DNA of 64,000 nt from Candidatus Cloacimonadales bacterium (GTDB lineage Bacteria; Cloacimonadota; Cloacimonadia; Cloacimonadales; JAIOQZ01). Made by a program: the position numbers and the translations under genes. Under the pieces are notes generated by a model. It ran no database searches. It saw only the letters and a program-made list of their open reading frames with translations, and had not been told where the DNA came from. Numbering within the stretch: position 1 is the first letter of the stretch; the number at the start of each line of letters is the position of its first letter. Below are positions 45,388 through 54,969 of the stretch, in pieces. Location of the stretch: positions 3,360,001 to 3,424,000 of the forward strand of contig OY771587.1 of the NCBI GenBank assembly GCA_963674825.1. Direction: 5' to 3'.

Positions 45388-47058
45388 TTATTTCAACAAA
45401 GTCACCTTCTGCGTTCTGAGCGTTTTATCTCCTGCATTCAGCTTACAGAAGTAGATCCCGCTCGAAAAGCCTTCGGCGTTCCAGGGGATGGTAGACGATA
45501 ACCCCCCTTTGTCCCCGTTTGAGTGATTCGAGTTATTGCCTCCGGCAAAACTCACACTTGTCAGGGGGGTGAAGAGAGTTTCCACTTTCTGCCCTCGTAT
45601 ATTATAGATTTCTATCGTCAAATCGTGGTATTCGGTATCCGTCTTGATCTCGAACGACACCTCCGGATTGAACGGATTCGGATAGGCATTGAATGTGATA
45701 TCCGCTGGTGGCACTGTCTCATCGTCAATCGGTGTCGGATCTTGTTCAATTAATCCAGCATGGCCGGCATACACATACACATCGCCATAATTCGAAGGTG
45801 TTGATGTGCTCCGGCCAAAAGCCCCCACAGCGATATCGTCATAACCGTCGTTGTCGAAATCGCCAACGGCATAGCCTACGCCATAACCGTAATGCCCATC
45901 GAAATCATAGTAATCTTCTGTTCCGTTCTGGTTCCCGAGATAGAAATAAAGACATCCTCCATATTCAACCGGATAAGTATCAACAAGGTCGATTTTCTGA
46001 TCGCCGTTGATATCACCAACTTCAGGACAGAAATAATTCGATGTCTCGATATACGTATATCGGTCCCAGTCAATCGTCTCGCCACCACGCCATAAGCGAG
46101 TTCCAACAGAAATGAATTCTTCATTTATATCATAATAGGTGAACGCGAAATCGTCGTAGCCATCGCCATCCCAGTCTCCTGCCGGTACGAGTTCATAGCT
46201 ATTAGAAGAACCATATGTGCGCCTTTCATAATCGAACGATGCGTCCGGGATTGTATCCTGTACAGTTCCACCCCAGAAGAAGCGATCATAGTGATAATAG
46301 GTATTCGTTCCATCTGGATTATCAACATGATCCCCCTCGTAGTAGTAACTGAAGTCGTCATAGCCATCGTTGTTCACATCACCAAGCCCGCGGAAGCCGC
46401 GTCCGTTGCGCGTATAGATGCTGTCAACAAACACCACCTTTTCGAAGCTGCCGCCGTAGATGATCGAATAGGTAAGCCAACCGGGATATTCATATTCCGT
46501 TACGCCTGCGTCGTCGTACCCGTCGCCGTTGATGTCGCCGAGAGGGTGGAGATCGATATTTGAATAAGAAGCTTCGGAGTCATACACATGGTCTGTAAGT
46601 GTATCATTAACAGTACTGCCTTCAAGAATACGATAGGAATAGAAGTAATGATAGATATCATCATGTGTTCGTTCACAATAGGTATATCCAATCTCATCGC
46701 AATTGTCGCCGTTCATGTCACCGAGATTCTCGATTTTTATCCAGGAAAATCTCCAATTCAGAGTAGTATCTACTGCCGTGGTAATTACCAAATTCGGCTC
46801 ATCAGGCAAGCCCTCATCGGAGCCGAAATAAATATAAAGCTTGCCTCTTTGCGCTTCATAATTCGGATCATTGTTGAATTGAGACGCATTCACTGCTAAA
46901 TCATCGATATTGTCGCCGTTAAAATCCAACGAAATTACACTTATACCGAAATGGTCATTTGCTTGTTCGCCGTGTTGCTGCCATACAATATCGAGCTGGT
47001 TGTTGGCAATTAAAAGAACGCTAATAGTGAGTAAGATGGCTATACAAAGGTATCGCAT
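45388..47058 (-). CDS. secreted FG-GAP/VCBS-repeat protein with FlgD/T9SS-type C-terminal domain
   Basis: About seven 'GDxNGDGYDD'-type repeats; C-terminal 'AYPNPFNP...SSGIYF'. Confidence 0.85.
   Translation of the reverse strand: MRYLCIAILLTISVLLIANNQLDIVWQQHGEQANDHFGISVISLDFNGDNIDDLAVNASQFNNDPNYEAQRGKLYIYFGSDEGLPDEPNLVITTAVDTTLNWRFSWIKIENLGDMNGDNCDEIGYTYCERTHDDIYHYFYSYRILEGSTVNDTLTDHVYDSEASYSNIDLHPLGDINGDGYDDAGVTEYEYPGWLTYSIIYGGSFEKVVFVDSIYTRNGRGFRGLGDVNNDGYDDFSYYYEGDHVDNPDGTNTYYHYDRFFWGGTVQDTIPDASFDYERRTYGSSNSYELVPAGDWDGDGYDDFAFTYYDINEEFISVGTRLWRGGETIDWDRYTYIETSNYFCPEVGDINGDQKIDLVDTYPVEYGGCLYFYLGNQNGTEDYYDFDGHYGYGVGYAVGDFDNDGYDDIAVGAFGRSTSTPSNYGDVYVYAGHAGLIEQDPTPIDDETVPPADITFNAYPNPFNPEVSFEIKTDTEYHDLTIEIYNIRGQKVETLFTPLTSVSFAGGNNSNHSNGDKGGLSSTIPWNAEGFSSGIYFCKLNAGDKTLRTQKVTLLK
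45501..45570. repeat. palindromic element inserted in-frame in the FG-GAP gene
   Basis: ACCCCCCT...AGGGGGGT inverted ends enclosing GAGTT-A-TTGCC-TCC-GGCAA-AACTC hairpin; corresponds to an extended loop in the protein. Confidence 0.7.
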
Positions 47059-47061
47059 GGC

Positions 47062-47841
47062 TTAGTGGGACGGTGTTACCGCGTACCAGGCGGATGTGGT
47101 GAAGAGGTCGCAGCGCATTGGCATTGGTAAAGGCAGCGGCACGGTAGGGAGGTGGAACTTGCTGCGATAGATGGGGTTGATCAGCCACAGACGGCGCTCG
47201 AGAATGGTCATCCCGCAGTTCTGGCAGAGCTTTTCGAAGTCGAAGGTTGAAAGCCCAGTCTCCGGCAGCTCCATGAGCCCATCAAGTCGTTCACCGCGTT
47301 CGCCAACCAGTTCCAGCCACTTGCGATAGGCGACTTTTGGCAGCAGGTGCATCCAGGGGCATTTTCCGAGTGGGGTATCGGCCATCTGCTGGTGGCCACC
47401 GAATGGCATCGACCACGGCGGAAATCCCACGAAGAGCACACCACCATTGGAAAGAAGGCTCTTGCAAAGCATGAGCAGCACGCGCTTGGCTTCCACGTGT
47501 TCGATCACGTCCTTGAGGACGATGATGTCGAATTTCTCTCGGTGTGCGGCCATCCACTGGAAGATGTCCGCCGTTTCGAGTTGCATTCTTCCGGCATGAA
47601 TTTTATCCGCGAAATGTTCCCGGGCCCAATCGATCTTGGATTGACTGAGGTCGATCCCGACGCCAGTCGCGCCTTCGTCGAGGAAGCGATCGAGAACGCC
47701 GGCCTCGCCGCAGCCAAGCTCGAGAACACGACGTCCATTCATGGTCATGAACGGCCTTAGCATGGGCAGGATGGCGTCCTGGCACACCTGGCGCTGTTGG
47801 ATCATTTTACGGTTACGATTGTGATGAAACGGTAAGGGCAT
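47062..47841 (-). CDS. class I SAM-dependent methyltransferase
   Basis: 'VLELGCGEAG', 'FDIIVLKDVIEHV', 'FPPWSMPFGGHQQ'; start moved to MPLPF after GGAGG. Confidence 0.88.
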   Translation of the reverse strand: MPLPFHHNRNRKMIQQRQVCQDAILPMLRPFMTMNGRRVLELGCGEAGVLDRFLDEGATGVGIDLSQSKIDWAREHFADKIHAGRMQLETADIFQWMAAHREKFDIIVLKDVIEHVEAKRVLLMLCKSLLSNGGVLFVGFPPWSMPFGGHQQMADTPLGKCPWMHLLPKVAYRKWLELVGERGERLDGLMELPETGLSTFDFEKLCQNCGMTILERRLWLINPIYRSKFHLPTVPLPLPMPMRCDLFTTSAWYAVTPSH

Positions 47842-48130
47842 GCTATTACCTCCAGGGAATGAACTATTCTTAAAAAGCGTGGTTGTCAAGCGGAAAGTGG
47901 GAAGGATATGTTGCGCATCGATCCGAAACAAATTCAGCACCCGAATCATGTTTTGTGAATGCAATTCGTTAATATTTATTGATATTAGGGCTGAATGTCA
48001 CTCGTGAATGCGGCTGGCAGCCAACAAAATCATTGACAATGTTTGGAATTCGTCGATATTTTTGATAGATACAGTAATCAACCCTGTTGCGCTATCAAGT
48101 GCGGCAGCGAGTTCTTTGAATGGAGCAACT

Positions 48131-49471
48131 ATGGAAAAGATTTTCGTATTGGACACAAACGTTCTCATACACGATCCGCAGGCGTTATTCTCCTTCGAGG
48201 AAAATCGTGTAGTCATCCCGATCACCGTGATCGAAGAGATTGACAATTTCAAGAAAGGATTGGACGAGAAAGGCCGGAACGCCCGTCAAATCGGAAGATA
48301 TCTTGACCAGCTACGTCAAAAGGGAAGCCTTCAGGATGGCATCAAAACCGAAAAGGGTGGCCTGATCCAGGTCGCGCTCAGCCGGAAAATCTCCGACACG
48401 GCCAGCGATATCCTGATAACCGACACAAACGATAATCTCATTATCGGAACCGCGCTTTACTTCCAGAAGAAATACAACGACTCCGAGGTGATTCTCGTAT
48501 CGAAAGACGCCAACGTGCGCATCAAAGCGAACGCCGTGCAGCTCAAAGCCGAGAATTTCGAATCGGATCACATTAAATTCGAAGAGCTCTATACCGGGGT
48601 AACCGAACTGATTCTCACCGAGAAACAGTATCATGACTTCAAGGAGCGCGAATACCTTACACGCAGGACTTTCAGGTTCTACCCGCAACAATTTGTGCGG
48701 GTGATCAACAAGAAGAAACCTTCCGAGCATACACTTACACGTTACTCCGCATCCACCAAGACGCTCTATCCGCTGGCGTACTACAAAGGACAGCAGGTCT
48801 TTGGCATCACCGCTCGCAATGAAGAGCAAGCGCTTGCCTTCGATCTTCTTCTTGACGACGATGTCAAGATGGTCAGCCTCGCGGGTAAGGCCGGAACCGG
48901 TAAGACGCTCATTGCGATCGCGGCTGGGCTGAATCAGGTGATGGAAGAGGATAAATACACGCGACTCGTTATCTCGCGTCCCATCTCACCGCTTGGCAAA
49001 GATCTCGGATTTCTTCCCGGCAGCAAGGCGGAGAAATTCAATCCCTGGATGCAGCCGATCTATGACAACATGGAAATTCTTCTGCTGGGCCACGAAGATC
49101 ACGCGGACAACGGCAAGATTTTTGGCAAGAAACGTCCCTCGCTTGATGAATACCTCGATTACGGGTTCATCGAGTTGGAACCGCTTACCTATATTCGCGG
49201 ACGCAGCCTGCCCAAGCAATTCATCATCATCGACGAGGCGCAAAACCTCTCACCGCACGAGATGAAGACCATTATTACTCGTGCCGGCGAAGGGACAAAG
49301 ATCGTCCTGACCGGCGACCCTTATCAGATCGACATCCCATACCTGGATTCCGAGAGTAACGGGCTGAGCGTCGTTGTCGAAAAATTAAAAGGAGAAGATA
49401 TCGTCGGACACGTTACCCTTGAGAAGGGAGAACGGTCCAGACTGGCCGATATCGCGGCAAAATACTTTTGA
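48131..49471 (+). CDS. PIN-PhoH (PhoH2/YlaK-like) ATPase
   Basis: PIN 'VLDTNVLIHDP'; Walker A GKAGTGKT; 'RGRS', 'IDEAQN', 'TGDPYQID'. Confidence 0.92.
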   Translation: MEKIFVLDTNVLIHDPQALFSFEENRVVIPITVIEEIDNFKKGLDEKGRNARQIGRYLDQLRQKGSLQDGIKTEKGGLIQVALSRKISDTASDILITDTNDNLIIGTALYFQKKYNDSEVILVSKDANVRIKANAVQLKAENFESDHIKFEELYTGVTELILTEKQYHDFKEREYLTRRTFRFYPQQFVRVINKKKPSEHTLTRYSASTKTLYPLAYYKGQQVFGITARNEEQALAFDLLLDDDVKMVSLAGKAGTGKTLIAIAAGLNQVMEEDKYTRLVISRPISPLGKDLGFLPGSKAEKFNPWMQPIYDNMEILLLGHEDHADNGKIFGKKRPSLDEYLDYGFIELEPLTYIRGRSLPKQFIIIDEAQNLSPHEMKTIITRAGEGTKIVLTGDPYQIDIPYLDSESNGLSVVVEKLKGEDIVGHVTLEKGERSRLADIAAKYF

Positions 49472-50673
49472 TGGATCAACAAATCAATTCCGACCACGAG
49501 CTGATCGATATCGATAAGCTTGCGATCGGGATGTGCCTATCGCGTCCTGTACACAACGAGTTTGGCCTTAAACTGCTCGACGCTGGGATTTTTATCGATT
49601 CCGAGCTGCAGATTGAGAAGCTCCGGCAAGGCGGCGTGCGTAAGGTGTTCGTCACACGAGAGACTTACAAACCTGTCGGCAGCACATCGGAGCAAAAGAA
49701 GCTTGAGAAGGAGTTTCTGGAAGAGGTTGAAGATCCTGATAAAATCATCAGCGAGCTCAAACAGGAACTCGTTGTGGCTCGAAGGATTTACGAATCCGCA
49801 CAGAGCGTTATCGATGACGTTCTGCACAACGTGCGTATGGGAAAGAACATTGACAGCGTGGAAGTTCGCAATGCGGCCAGCCAGCTGATCGAAAGTGTTA
49901 TCCACAATCCCCACGCGCTCATGAGTATGGTGAACCTCAAGCGCACCGACGAATATACCTTCAACCACAGCGTCAATGTCACCGCCATCTCGCTTTCCAT
50001 CGCTTCACATCTCTCAATGACCACCGAGCAGCTTGACACAATCGGAGTGGGAGCCCTTATGCACGATGTGGGCAAGGCAAAAATCGACGTCAACATCATT
50101 AACAAGCCTGGAAAGCTAACCGATGAGGAATTCGAGATCATGCAGCGGCATCCGGTTTATGGTTATGAGATCTGCAAGCGAGAGAATTTCCGGAACGACC
50201 AGGTTCTGGACATCGTACGCCATCATCATGAGGCGTATAACGGTACCGGCTACCCTGATCGGCTATCCAGAAGGGATATCACCAAGTACGCAGCGCTGGT
50301 TTCCATTGCGGATTTCTATGACGCACTCACCACCGAACGCAGCTACAAGAAGTCACTAAAACCTGCCGAGACGATCAATTTCTTGCACAAGATGTCCAAC
50401 AACAAGTTCGATCGCCGGTTGGTGTTTCATTTCATCAAGGTGATGGGTATTTATCCCATTGGAAGTGTGCTTAAACTCAATTCCGGGCGTATCGGCATCG
50501 TAGTGGGATTTTCTCATAAAAACCTTCTGCACCCCATTCTGAAGATTCTCGTTAATGAAGATGGCACATTCAACCGCGCATATGAGACCATATTGCTACA
50601 CGAATCGGAGGACTTCATCACCGATCTCAATCCGAATTTCCGTTTCAAAGGCAATCTCGAGGATATTCTCTGA
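49471..50673 (+). CDS. HD-GYP phosphodiesterase with DUF3391-like N-terminus
   Basis: 'HSVNV', 'HDVGK', 'HHE..NGTGYP', 'AD.YDALT..RSYK', 'GIYPIGS'; TGATG overlap. Confidence 0.9.
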   Translation: MDQQINSDHELIDIDKLAIGMCLSRPVHNEFGLKLLDAGIFIDSELQIEKLRQGGVRKVFVTRETYKPVGSTSEQKKLEKEFLEEVEDPDKIISELKQELVVARRIYESAQSVIDDVLHNVRMGKNIDSVEVRNAASQLIESVIHNPHALMSMVNLKRTDEYTFNHSVNVTAISLSIASHLSMTTEQLDTIGVGALMHDVGKAKIDVNIINKPGKLTDEEFEIMQRHPVYGYEICKRENFRNDQVLDIVRHHHEAYNGTGYPDRLSRRDITKYAALVSIADFYDALTTERSYKKSLKPAETINFLHKMSNNKFDRRLVFHFIKVMGIYPIGSVLKLNSGRIGIVVGFSHKNLLHPILKILVNEDGTFNRAYETILLHESEDFITDLNPNFRFKGNLEDIL

Positions 50674-52601
50674 TGCAGATTACAGATCGAAGCTGGACAG
50701 AAATAGACCTTTCGGCGTATCATTGGAACATGAAGCAATTGAAGCGTTTCATCCAGCCGGGGACGCATGTCATGCAGATCGTCAAGGCGGATGCTTACGG
50801 GCATGGTGCTTATGAGATCGGCAAAGCAGCAATCGAAGAGGGCGTTGATTTCCTGGGCGTGGCAAATGCCGAAGAAGGCGCGCTGCTTCGCTACCAGGAG
50901 TTGGACATCCCGGTGCTGATCCTGTCGCCATCCTTCGAAAACGAAATCGAACTCATCCTTGAGTATAATCTTATTCCAACCGTTTCCGACATCTATTTTG
51001 CCCGAGCGCTCGACCAGGAATGCAATAGGCGTGTCCAGCCGATACACATCAACATTGACACCGGTATGGGCCGCAGCGGGATTCACTACACAGAGGCGTA
51101 CGAGATCATCCGTGAGATCTCAGCGCTTCCGAATCTTCGCATTGAAGGCGTGTTCTCGCATCTATCCAGCAGCGAAGAGGATTTGGAATATTCGAGGCGG
51201 CAATTCGAACAATTTATTGACGTCTTGCAGCAAATCCACAGCTTGATCGAACCACGGTGGGTTCACCTTTGTAACAGCGCGGCAGTGGTTAATCTGCATG
51301 ATCTGACTTACGATAAAATCTACGAGATTTTCCCTCAGTCGAATACGCTGGTGCGGCTTGGTTTGTTATCCTACGGTGTTTATCCACATCCGTCGTTCAC
51401 AGAGTGCATTGATCTCCGCCCAGTAATGACCTTTAAAACACGTATCGGACAGATCAAAAAAGCGCTGGCCGGCGAATCGATCGGGTACAATCGAACGCAC
51501 ATTGCCGAAAAGGATATGCGGTATGCAATCCTGCCAGTGGGCTACGCAGATGGATATGACTTCCTCTTCTCGAACCGTGGCCGCGTTATGATTAACGGCA
51601 ATCTCTGCCCGGTATTGGGTAAGGTCAGCATGGACATGATCGCTGTATCGCTGGAGGGGTATCCCGATGCGGAGATTGGCGATGAGGTTGTGATCCTCGG
51701 CGGTAATCTCAGAGTTGAGGACATGTCCAGTCTCTATCAGGGCAGCAGTTATGAGCTGATGTGCCAGGTGGGCCGTCGTGCAAAAAGATACTATCTCTCG
51801 GATAAGAAGGTCGTCTCGTCAGCTCCGCTGGCAAGGCGCGATTTCTTCTCGCCCGATTTCTCGGATAACCGTCTCAATCGCATCATTGAGGCATCCATCA
51901 GGCAGCGGCTCGAGAGCAAGGAGATCGCCGGTATCATCTATCAGGATGTGCTGAGCAGGTTTTTCCGCGACAAGGATCACGATATCCGTTATCGCACCGA
52001 TTTCAATCATGCAATTTCGTTCATCGAACCGGAGGATTCAGGCGAATATCTGATCACACAGACCTCGCTGACCTTCCGAAAACAGCTTCAGAACGATTAC
52101 TTCATCGTTGCCTGCGCGAATAACCCGGATTACCTGCAACGCTACTTTGAGCGAAACGACGTGGAATATCGCTGGCTGCTGGACGATTCGCTCGCGCTTG
52201 ATGAGAAACTCTTCGACGTTGTTTCACCGCGCATCAACGAAATCGAGCTGATCACGGAGAAGCGCATTACGGAAGGCTGTATCGAGATCCGATGTTATCA
52301 CCCCGAGCTGAAAGAGCTTGTTGGTGAAGAAGTCACGTTCTCCATTCCGACACGTACGTGGTACCCAAGGTTAGCGAATCAGATGTCGGTGTTTATCAAT
52401 GAACCAACGCGCGGTGTGAAGGTGCGGTTCAGTTATCCCGAATCAATCCGCAAGGTCGATCCCGTAGCGATTTTCGCCGGAAAGACGCGCTTCCCGGATA
52501 TCATTCGCGAGAACAACAGTATTTCGGTTTCAGTGCCACCAGATGAATGGGTTCTGCCCAATAGTGGCATTGTTTTCAGCTATTCCTATCCAACCCGATA
52601 G
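50673..52601 (+). CDS. alr: alanine racemase with about 260-aa C-terminal extension
   Basis: 'VKADAYGHGA' (PLP Lys), 'DTGMGRSG', 'IGYN' (catalytic Tyr), 'GYADG', 'SMD'. Confidence 0.9.
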   Translation: MQITDRSWTEIDLSAYHWNMKQLKRFIQPGTHVMQIVKADAYGHGAYEIGKAAIEEGVDFLGVANAEEGALLRYQELDIPVLILSPSFENEIELILEYNLIPTVSDIYFARALDQECNRRVQPIHINIDTGMGRSGIHYTEAYEIIREISALPNLRIEGVFSHLSSSEEDLEYSRRQFEQFIDVLQQIHSLIEPRWVHLCNSAAVVNLHDLTYDKIYEIFPQSNTLVRLGLLSYGVYPHPSFTECIDLRPVMTFKTRIGQIKKALAGESIGYNRTHIAEKDMRYAILPVGYADGYDFLFSNRGRVMINGNLCPVLGKVSMDMIAVSLEGYPDAEIGDEVVILGGNLRVEDMSSLYQGSSYELMCQVGRRAKRYYLSDKKVVSSAPLARRDFFSPDFSDNRLNRIIEASIRQRLESKEIAGIIYQDVLSRFFRDKDHDIRYRTDFNHAISFIEPEDSGEYLITQTSLTFRKQLQNDYFIVACANNPDYLQRYFERNDVEYRWLLDDSLALDEKLFDVVSPRINEIELITEKRITEGCIEIRCYHPELKELVGEEVTFSIPTRTWYPRLANQMSVFINEPTRGVKVRFSYPESIRKVDPVAIFAGKTRFPDIIRENNSISVSVPPDEWVLPNSGIVFSYSYPTR

Positions 52602-52614
52602 CCTAGGAGTGTCT

Positions 52615-53001
52615 ATGCAAGGAGATTCACTTGAATCCATAATTGTGCTTATCGCGTCAGTATTCGTTACTGTTACGGTGGTAGTCGTGCTGATCGTCAT
52701 GAACCGTTATCGCAATAAATTTGTGGAAATGACGCCCGAAGAGACGCTCAAAATGAAGCCGCACATCTGCCCAAAATGCGGATTCAACATGACCCCCGGA
52801 TTTGCCTTTACCCAGCGTGGGCTTTATTGGCGTTTGCCGGACATGAAACCGATGGGCGCACTGATGACGCGCGGCAAACTGGTCAACAACACATATAACA
52901 TGGGTTTCGTCGGTGCTGAGAATCGTTCATGGCGGTGCGACCGTTGTCAGCTCCTTCTGCTGGATATCGGCGAGATGGTAAGAGTGAGGAAGAGGAAGTA
53001 A
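52615..53001 (+). CDS. membrane-anchored zinc-ribbon protein (DUF6487-like)
   Basis: TM helix then 'CPKCG..MTPG...W...RCDRC'; AGGAG RBS. Confidence 0.7.
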   Translation: MQGDSLESIIVLIASVFVTVTVVVVLIVMNRYRNKFVEMTPEETLKMKPHICPKCGFNMTPGFAFTQRGLYWRLPDMKPMGALMTRGKLVNNTYNMGFVGAENRSWRCDRCQLLLLDIGEMVRVRKRK

Positions 53002-53025
53002 AAAGGCAGGTGGTGAAACCTGCCT
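53001..53025. terminator. hairpin between convergent genes
   Basis: AGGCAGGT-GGTGAA-ACCTGCCT perfect 8-bp stem with A-run on left. Confidence 0.7.
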
Positions 53026-53032
53026 GTGAAAT

Positions 53033-53407
53033 TCATTTCTTAGACCACAATCCGATCTTGTTACCTTCGGTATCGAGAAATAGCGCTTCGAAACCATATT
53101 CTGGCGTTATCATCGTCTTGGGGTGCACAATCTTTCCTCCGGCCGGTTCAACACGCGCAAGAACGACACTCAAATCTTCACCGCAACTCAGATGAATCCG
53201 AATGCCATTGAGTGATGGTTTGTTGTCATTACCCATGATCAAAGCCCCCGAAGCGCCCTCGTCGCCTTCTTCAGATGGGAAAAAGGCCATCGAACTATCG
53301 GCAACTTCCGTAGCGAACATTTCGAATTCAAAGATCGTTTCGTAGAATTTTCTGGCGCGATCCAGATCAATTACAGGAATCTCAAACCATACGTTCATTC
53401 CATTCAT
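53033..53407 (-). CDS. VOC/glyoxalase family protein
   Basis: 'WFEIPV.DLDRARKFY', 'AGGKI', 'FLDTEGNKIGL'. Confidence 0.9.
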   Translation of the reverse strand: MNGMNVWFEIPVIDLDRARKFYETIFEFEMFATEVADSSMAFFPSEEGDEGASGALIMGNDNKPSLNGIRIHLSCGEDLSVVLARVEPAGGKIVHPKTMITPEYGFEALFLDTEGNKIGLWSKK

Positions 53408-53435
53408 GCTTTCCTCCAATGCACTTTGTGGTTGG

Positions 53436-54800
53436 CTAGTTCCGATTGTCGAACTGCCAGCTAAGCTTGTTTTCAACTTTGAACGTGAATTTTTTCAGGA
53501 AGCCAATTGCCGACTGCGGCTGGTATCCATCCGGAATCGACACTGTGTCGAGAGAATCGATCCATCCGTTCGTCGTCAGCGACTTTTCGATATCTTGCGA
53601 GATAAAGTAAACTGTCCTGTCATCGGTTGAGAGCTCATCGGCTGATCCAAACCGAACAGAATTGGCAGTAGATTTTCTTAGCTCATCCCGGACACCTAGC
53701 CAGTATGCGCTCGTTGAGTCGGCGAGAATGATGAAGCGATTGCCGGGCGCAAAGATATCCAGAATGCGCATATCGACATGCTTGAAATCAACCGGATAAC
53801 GTCCGGAGAAATCGACGCCCTCGGTGAACGAGCAGGACGAGCAGGCGCTGTTATTTTCGCCGTACTCGGATTCATCCGGGCATTGACGATAGATAGCCAC
53901 CATGTAGCTCATCATTTCACCGATATCGTAACCGGGTTCGACCGCGAAGTAGTCGAGGTTCGAAAACGCGGTGGAATCGGCATCGATCAGCGTAACATCC
54001 ACGAAGTATAGGCTTGATGCTTTCTTGGAGATAGCTTCTTCCGTCTTGTGAACAATCATTTCTACATCATCGCCCTTACGCGCTTCAAGCGAATCCCGCA
54101 GCTCTCCGAAGTAGGGAAGATTCGCCTCGGAAGAGATCACGCTGAGGTGTTTACCAGGAGCAAATGCACTGGGATCGACGTTGCCAGTGAAAAAGCCGTA
54201 GAGCATGAACAGGCCCTTGCCGATGAACCAGATACCGATCAGCACGGATGCGACCTGCGCGATCGACTTCATCTGCCGGATGCGGGTGAGGAAGTTCGCG
54301 AACGCCAGCGGAATCAGGAACAGAGAGGTCCCGAAGAAAAAGCCGAGAAATAACAGCATCCCGCTGAGCGGACCTGCCAGATTCAGGGCGTTGGAGAGCG
54401 CGATCAGGAACGCCGGACAGAAGTTGATGCCGGTCAGAATTCCCAGTACAAAGGCACTGCGCGTCATGGCCGCGTATTTGGGTACGGCGCATTTCTTGTG
54501 CTCGTTACGGGTACGTATTGCGGAAAAGATCAAGTAGATCGACAGCAGGATATATGCGATGGCGGTAAAGAGGTCGCGGTTTACCTGGTTGATCTGAGCG
54601 CCCAGAAATCCTGCGATTGCGCCGAATGTAATGTAAGAGAAAAAACGACCCGCCGAGATTTCCATGATCGCGACAAAGCTCTTCCAAAGCTTTCGGTCGC
54701 TGCTCAGAAGGTAGGGGAGATAGATAGGCGTGCAGGTAGAGAGGCAGACAACACCAGTCGCCAATCCCAGCGAGAAGCCCTCGGTAAGTGATTGTATCAT
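53436..54800 (-). CDS. DsbD_2/TauE-like membrane protein with soluble C-terminal extension
   Basis: 'CLSTCTP', 'GRFFSY', 'GINFCPAF', 'FFFGTSL'; about 6 TM helices then hydrophilic domain with CSSC. Confidence 0.7.
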   Translation of the reverse strand: MIQSLTEGFSLGLATGVVCLSTCTPIYLPYLLSSDRKLWKSFVAIMEISAGRFFSYITFGAIAGFLGAQINQVNRDLFTAIAYILLSIYLIFSAIRTRNEHKKCAVPKYAAMTRSAFVLGILTGINFCPAFLIALSNALNLAGPLSGMLLFLGFFFGTSLFLIPLAFANFLTRIRQMKSIAQVASVLIGIWFIGKGLFMLYGFFTGNVDPSAFAPGKHLSVISSEANLPYFGELRDSLEARKGDDVEMIVHKTEEAISKKASSLYFVDVTLIDADSTAFSNLDYFAVEPGYDIGEMMSYMVAIYRQCPDESEYGENNSACSSCSFTEGVDFSGRYPVDFKHVDMRILDIFAPGNRFIILADSTSAYWLGVRDELRKSTANSVRFGSADELSTDDRTVYFISQDIEKSLTTNGWIDSLDTVSIPDGYQPQSAIGFLKKFTFKVENKLSWQFDNRN

Positions 54801-54912
54801 GCTCTATCCTTTTCGAAGTCAATTCATTTTTACTATTGAATCATAATGTAATGGGGTATATGAATTGGTCAATGAGAAATCGCGAGGCATTATATTGGTA
54901 GCGACAGAAGGT

Positions 54913-54947
54913 AAAAGAAAACCCCTCAATGGCGAACCATCGAGGGG
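54913..54947 (-). terminator. rho-independent terminator
   Basis: CCCCTC-A-ATGG/CCAT-C-GAGGGG stem with A-rich run on + strand. Confidence 0.7.
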
Positions 54948-54969
54948 GTGTATTATTATCGTTTTGTTG

